64,000 nt of DNA from Vulcanimicrobiota bacterium (lineage in GTDB: Bacteria; Vulcanimicrobiota; Vulcanimicrobiia; Vulcanimicrobiales; Vulcanimicrobiaceae), in contig CAVWOR010000004.1 in assembly GCA_963756635.1 (NCBI GenBank), positions 265,788 through 329,787 of the forward strand, read 5' to 3'. Both the position numbers and the translations under genes were made by a program. Below the pieces are notes generated by a model. The model was not told where the DNA came from, searched no databases, and saw nothing but the letters and a program-made list of their open reading frames with translations. Positions 59,616 through 64,000 of the stretch are shown one piece after another (the first letter of the stretch is position 1; each line of letters opens with the position of its first letter).

Positions 59616-61226
59616 CTAGATTGCTTCGATCTTCGCCATCATGCCTTGGTCTTCGTGATCGAGGATGTGGCAGTGGAAGACGAACTCGCCTCGGATGACC
59701 GGATCGCGAAAATCCATCAAGAGCACGACCGAACCCGGCACGCTCTTCTTCCCCCCGGCCGAGCGGTGCGGCACAATGAAGCTGTCGGCCCAGTGCGGAT
59801 GCTCCTGCTTCACGCCGTTGATGCTCTCGACCAAGAAGTGGAGCTGATGGATGTGGAAGTCGTGAATTTCTTCGGTCACGTTGATCACGTGCCACTCTTC
59901 CACCGTGCCGACGTGGACCACGAACATCGGCGGCGACTTCATCGTAAACGCCTTGCCGTTGATGAAGAAACGAGGCTTGCTGTTCTCGCTAAAAACGACC
60001 AAACGCTTCGCCACCGGCGGCGGAAGCGCGGTCGTGTAAACGTTCTGCGGCAGAGGTTCGCCGACGGTCAGCGGACGATTTGAGAAATCGCCGCTTCCCG
60101 GCCGGCCCTTCGGCGCCGCGAGATCGCCGAGCCAGATGTACGGATCCGGATCGCCGTTGGGTCCCGTGTTGTAACAGAGCGTCTGAAACTTGGTGCGGCC
60201 GCTCGCCGGTCCGGTAACGACGAACTCGGCGCGGGATGCCGGCGGCATCACGACCGACGATTCCGTGAGCGTCGGCGGCGTGCCCGGATAGGTATCGAGC
60301 GCGAAACCGTCGATCGCGACCACCTCGACCTTTTCGCCCTCGACGTTGAGCCGCAGCGTCTTGTGTCCGGTTGCGTTCACGACGCGGAAGAACTGCTTCT
60401 CGCCCGGAGCGATCGTGATGACCGGGTGCGTGGCGCCGTTGAGCGTCACGTGCAAGCCGTCCTTGGTCGTACACGGAGCCGTGTTCGTGTGCAGCGGGAC
60501 CGCGCCGCCGGGATTGGACATGCCGCTCATCTCCGGCATACCGTCGTCGCTCATCTCCGTGGCCGCGGTGTCTTCCCCTCCGATTCCGGTGGCGCGTACG
60601 ATGATAAGCCGCTGCTTCATTTTCGCCAGGCCGGGCAAGTGTCGCGTGAGTCCGTCGATGATGATTGCGCCGGACATTCCGCTGGCGCCGACTTGAAAGC
60701 TCGTTATGCCGTGCACGTGCGGATGGTACCAGTAGAGTCCCGGTTCTTGGTTTTTCGGAATGTGAACCACGTAGTGCAACTTTTCGCCCGGCGTTGCCAC
60801 CACCGTCAGCACGTCGTCGCCGGGCTTTTGCGGAGAAACGCCGAGCCCATGGAAGTGCAGATTAATGTCATCTTGACGCGTCGAAAATTCCGGAGGCGGC
60901 GTTTTAGGCAGATCGTCCTTTACGTCAACGACGAATGTGTCGCCGGGCGAGACTTCGATCGTGGGCGCGACGTCGGGCATACGATCGTACACGAACTCGG
61001 GCTGACCGGTGCTCAAATTTTCGTTCACGATCAACGAGATTTTGGCGACGCCGTTGACCGCTTTCACGACCGGCGGCTCGGGGAGCTCGTTGATGGCCGC
61101 GTCATGCGATGGCAGCGTACCTCCGGGGGGTTCTTGCGGAATCGGATTTTCCGGACCGCTCGATTTGCCCCCGCAGCCGGCGAGCCACCCACATGCGAGG
61201 GCCAGAACCAATAAACGTCGGACCAT
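59616..61226 (-). CDS. multicopper oxidase lipoprotein, copy 1
   Basis: Lipobox LAGCGG. Copper ligand motifs HFHGL, WYHPHVHG, HDFHIH, HCHILDHEDQGMM. 536 aa. Confidence 0.88.
   Translation of the reverse strand: MVRRLLVLALACGWLAGCGGKSSGPENPIPQEPPGGTLPSHDAAINELPEPPVVKAVNGVAKISLIVNENLSTGQPEFVYDRMPDVAPTIEVSPGDTFVVDVKDDLPKTPPPEFSTRQDDINLHFHGLGVSPQKPGDDVLTVVATPGEKLHYVVHIPKNQEPGLYWYHPHVHGITSFQVGASGMSGAIIIDGLTRHLPGLAKMKQRLIIVRATGIGGEDTAATEMSDDGMPEMSGMSNPGGAVPLHTNTAPCTTKDGLHVTLNGATHPVITIAPGEKQFFRVVNATGHKTLRLNVEGEKVEVVAIDGFALDTYPGTPPTLTESSVVMPPASRAEFVVTGPASGRTKFQTLCYNTGPNGDPDPYIWLGDLAAPKGRPGSGDFSNRPLTVGEPLPQNVYTTALPPPVAKRLVVFSENSKPRFFINGKAFTMKSPPMFVVHVGTVEEWHVINVTEEIHDFHIHQLHFLVESINGVKQEHPHWADSFIVPHRSAGGKKSVPGSVVLLMDFRDPVIRGEFVFHCHILDHEDQGMMAKIEAI
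60222..60420. repeat. near-identical block shared by the two multicopper oxidase genes (copy 1 side)
   Basis: 199 nt differing from 61857-62055 at a single position (60345 g versus a), by direct comparison. Offset 1635 nt, which is the tandem period. Confidence 0.9.
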
Positions 61227-61250
61227 AGAAATCTCGTCTCTCCTTACGAT

Positions 61251-62819
61251 TTAAATAGCCTCGATCTTCGCCATCATACCTTGGTCCTCGTGGTCGAGGA
61301 TGTGGCAGTGGAAGACGAACTCGCCTCGGATGATCGGATCGCGAAAATCCATCAAGAGCACGACCGAACCCGGCACGCTCTTCTTCCCCCCGGCCGAGCG
61401 GTGCGGCACGATGAAGCTGTCGGCCCAGTGCGGATGCTGCTGCTTCACGCCGTTGATGCTCTCGACCAAAAAGTGAATCTGATGGATGTGGAAGTCGTGA
61501 ATCTCTTCGGTCACATTGACCACGTGCCACTCTTCCACGGTGCCGACGTGGACCACGAACATCGGCGGCGACTTCATCGTAAACGACTTGCCGTTGATGA
61601 AGAAACGAGGCTTGCTGTTCTCGCTAAAAACGACCAAACGCCTCGCCACCGGCGGCGGAAGCGCGGTCGTGTAAACGTTCTGCGGCAGAGGTTCGCCGAC
61701 GGTCAGAGGACGGTTTGAGAAGTCGCCACTGGCCCAATGCCGCTTCGGGCGCACGATGTGAGCCAACTCGAAGTACGGATCGGCGTCACCGTTGGGTCCC
61801 GTGTTGTAACAGAGCGTCTGAAACTTGGCGTGTCCGCTCGCCGGTCCGGTAACGATGAACTCGGCGCGGGATGCCGGCGGCATCACGACCGACGATTCCG
61901 TGAGCGTCGGCGGCGTGCCCGGATAGGTATCGAGCGCGAAACCGTCGATCGCGACCACCTCGACCTTTTCGCCCTCGACATTGAGCCGCAGCGTCTTGTG
62001 TCCGGTTGCGTTCACGACGCGGAAGAACTGCTTCTCGCCCGGAGCGATCGTGATGGCCGGCCGAAAGGCGCCGTTGAGCGTCACCGTCAAGCCGTCCTTG
62101 AACGAGCACGGTTTCGTGTTCGTGAACTGCGGGCGTATCATCTCCATCGACGCGTCGTCGCCATCCTCTTCGCGCCGCACGTTTTGGCCGATCCCCGTCG
62201 CGCGTACGACGATGAGCCGTTGCCTCATTGTAGCAAGCTCGGGGAAGTGACGGGTCAGACCTTCGATGACGATTGCCCCCGACATTCCACCTTCGCCCAC
62301 TTGATAGCTCGTTTCGCCGTGGACGTGCATATGATACCAGTAGAGCCCTGGCTCTTGATTCGCCGGAACGTGCACGACGTAACGCAGTTTCTGGCCTGGT
62401 TTGGCCAGCATTCCGAGCACGTTGTCGCTATGGCCGCGCGGCGAAACGGTTAATCCGTGAAAGTGGAGATTCGCGTACGCGGCCATCCCCGTGCTCGGCG
62501 GAAGATCGTCGGTCAGGTCGACCTCGAACGTTTGACCGGGATCGATTTCGATCGTCGGAGCTACGCCGTGCATGTATTGGTACTGGAAAGACGGCAAACC
62601 GGTAGCCGGATCGACGTTGGCGATCAGCGAAAATTTTGCAACGCCGTGAACCGCATGGACGATCGGCGGTTCTGGAAGCTCGTTGACGTTCAGGTCAGGT
62701 AACACGCGCGTGAGTTCGGCCGGCGCCGGCGGAATCGGATTCACGGGACCGCTCGCGCGTCCGCCGCAGCCTGCGAGCCACGCATACGCGACGAGCAGAG
62801 CGATCAGGCGCCGAGTCAT
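61251..62819 (-). CDS. multicopper oxidase lipoprotein, copy 2
   Basis: The same four copper motifs and the lipobox LAGCGG. ATG 62819 (MTRRLIALL). The tracked ORF is over-extended to 62996. Confidence 0.88.
   Translation of the reverse strand: MTRRLIALLVAYAWLAGCGGRASGPVNPIPPAPAELTRVLPDLNVNELPEPPIVHAVHGVAKFSLIANVDPATGLPSFQYQYMHGVAPTIEIDPGQTFEVDLTDDLPPSTGMAAYANLHFHGLTVSPRGHSDNVLGMLAKPGQKLRYVVHVPANQEPGLYWYHMHVHGETSYQVGEGGMSGAIVIEGLTRHFPELATMRQRLIVVRATGIGQNVRREEDGDDASMEMIRPQFTNTKPCSFKDGLTVTLNGAFRPAITIAPGEKQFFRVVNATGHKTLRLNVEGEKVEVVAIDGFALDTYPGTPPTLTESSVVMPPASRAEFIVTGPASGHAKFQTLCYNTGPNGDADPYFELAHIVRPKRHWASGDFSNRPLTVGEPLPQNVYTTALPPPVARRLVVFSENSKPRFFINGKSFTMKSPPMFVVHVGTVEEWHVVNVTEEIHDFHIHQIHFLVESINGVKQQHPHWADSFIVPHRSAGGKKSVPGSVVLLMDFRDPIIRGEFVFHCHILDHEDQGMMAKIEAI
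61857..62055. repeat. near-identical block shared by the two multicopper oxidase genes (copy 2 side)
   Basis: See 60222-60420. Confidence 0.9.
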
Positions 62820-62844
62820 GAAGAACCGTCTCAGCTCGACGACG

Positions 62845-63768
62845 CTAGGGAAAGGTTTGGACGCATGATTCAGTGGCATCGCTGGCCATCGGCTGCATCG
62901 TGTACGACTTCGTACCGAATTGGTCGTTTGCCATGGTATCCGTGACGCATGGATCTCCGATCTCTCCGTTGACACCCCACCACGCGGTGAACGCATCCGG
63001 ATCGGTAATCGTTTCGCCGTATTCGTGTCCCGCGAAGATCGTCATACCCTCGTCCCTCCCGCTCTCATCCGAGGGTGGGGCGATGACGTTTGCGTCGCAC
63101 TTCGTGCCGCCCGCATCGGTCATGTAGGGCAGGTTCGCATACGGCACCAACTGCTTTTCGTACGAAGTCTCGCTGTGATAGGAACACCACGACGTTGGGA
63201 ACCCCTCTTCGCTATGCTTGTGCGGGGTTGCCACGACGTAAACGCCGTTGGGATCGTAGCCGAAGTGCGTGACTCCTCGTAATGCCTCGGCAGCAACCTG
63301 GGCATCGGTTGGGTTCTTTGCGATCGGAGACTCATCGTCCCAGCTGCCGCCGAACTGATCGGCCGGATTCGTGATGTGTGTCTTTTTGTGGCCCGACTTT
63401 TGATAGTACTGGGTCTCGATGTTGTTGTGAGCGCTGCCTCCCATGGCCTTGGTATAGGCCTCAAGCAAGGGTTCCAGGCCATCCGCATCGCCGTACTTCT
63501 TGTAATCCCAAAATATGAGATAGAATTTGGGCGCGACGATCACGACGCCGCCCATATACGGCACGTACGGCAATAAGGGAACGATTCCGGATGCCGTTTG
63601 CCGCGTGGGCGCGTAGACCGGGTGATGGTAGAGCACTCCGCCCGCATACGTCCAGTCAGAACCGCTGGGAAGCGTTGCGGGGGCGACTGTAGCGCCCCCC
63701 CCACATCCCGGTAGCGCGCAGGCGGCCAGGAATCCCAACGCGCCGGCACACCGGGAAAACTTGAACAT
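62845..63768 (-). CDS. hypothetical lipoprotein upstream of the multicopper oxidase pair
   Basis: Lipobox LPGCGG. 307 aa. Conserved-looking blocks KFYLIFWDY, WCSYHS, GHEYGETITDP. GAGGAG precedes the ATG. 25 nt from copy 2. Confidence 0.5.
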   Translation of the reverse strand: MFKFSRCAGALGFLAACALPGCGGGATVAPATLPSGSDWTYAGGVLYHHPVYAPTRQTASGIVPLLPYVPYMGGVVIVAPKFYLIFWDYKKYGDADGLEPLLEAYTKAMGGSAHNNIETQYYQKSGHKKTHITNPADQFGGSWDDESPIAKNPTDAQVAAEALRGVTHFGYDPNGVYVVATPHKHSEEGFPTSWCSYHSETSYEKQLVPYANLPYMTDAGGTKCDANVIAPPSDESGRDEGMTIFAGHEYGETITDPDAFTAWWGVNGEIGDPCVTDTMANDQFGTKSYTMQPMASDATESCVQTFP

Positions 63769-63858
63769 CGAAAACTCCTCTACTTGGCTTCCCTCGTCGT
63801 TCTCTCATCGAGGATGACGCGCCTCTACGGTTTCTTGCTAAGACGCCCAGCATGCTTC

Positions 63859-64000
63859 CTATCGGGTATCCCACGTTTCGGCATCGACGGGATACATCAA
63901 CATGTTCCGCCGGAAACCGCTCACGCGATCGCCGATCACGTCGACGCTCGATTCGAAAGCGATGGGCACGATCGGCGCGTCGGTGCGAACGATGCGCTGC
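63859..64000 (-). CDS. 3' end of a gene entering from beyond the window (possibly an ABC-type substrate-binding protein)
   Basis: Open frame QRIVRTDAPIVPIAFESSVDVIGDRVSGFRRNMLMYPVDAETWDTR ending TAG 63859-63861. The family guess is weak. Confidence 0.3.
   Translation of the reverse strand, partial: QRIVRTDAPIVPIAFESSVDVIGDRVSGFRRNMLMYPVDAETWDTR

Noticed and set aside
59464-61530. Two near-identical 142/143-aa ORFs (59464-59895 and 61102-61530) that look like a duplicated gene pair
   Set aside because: Both are out-of-frame read-throughs of the duplicated multicopper oxidase 3' regions. Their similarity simply mirrors the MCO duplication.

Overview
GC-rich bacterial chromosomal segment (roughly 60-65% GC by eye), densely coded and mostly on the minus strand. 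I saw no rRNA, CRISPR array, transposase or integrase. Housekeeping content: an rpoC that is not next to rpoB, tsaD, a translationally coupled arginine operon argF-argR-argG-argH-argC-argJ divergent from argB, purA, hpt, and ftsY-recA-recX. There are also many regulators: two OmpR-type two-component pairs, a MalT-like LuxR STAND regulator, a BlaI/BlaR1-like pair and a PAS-GAF-PP2C-kinase fusion. Many predicted secreted proteins or lipoproteins are present: S9 and S53 peptidases, a retropepsin-like protein, GH125, a debranching-like glycosidase, a phosphoesterase, two tandem multicopper oxidases and several beta-propellers. A three-gene flagellar fragment (fliJ-flbD-fliO) and one tRNA-Arg(UCG) complete the picture. 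Points worth a second look: (1) a lower-GC islet of about 1.3 kb on the 3' side of the tRNA, holding two divergent tandem paralogous small ORFs bracketed by a 17-nt direct repeat. (2) Four apparent frameshifts confined to 16.9-23.7 kb, one of them in tsaD, which more likely reflect consensus errors than biology. (3) A BlaR1-type M56 protease whose C-terminal domain is a pentapeptide-repeat array. (4) rpoC with its own promoter-like element, no rpoB, and an esterase gene 4 nt downstream. (5) A perfect Cheo-type SOS box in front of ftsY rather than recA. (6) Paired ARG boxes filling a 13-nt divergent argF/argB gap. (7) Tandem multicopper oxidase genes with a near-identical internal block. I found no convincing novel multi-gene system such as a defence island, so the observations are scored modestly.
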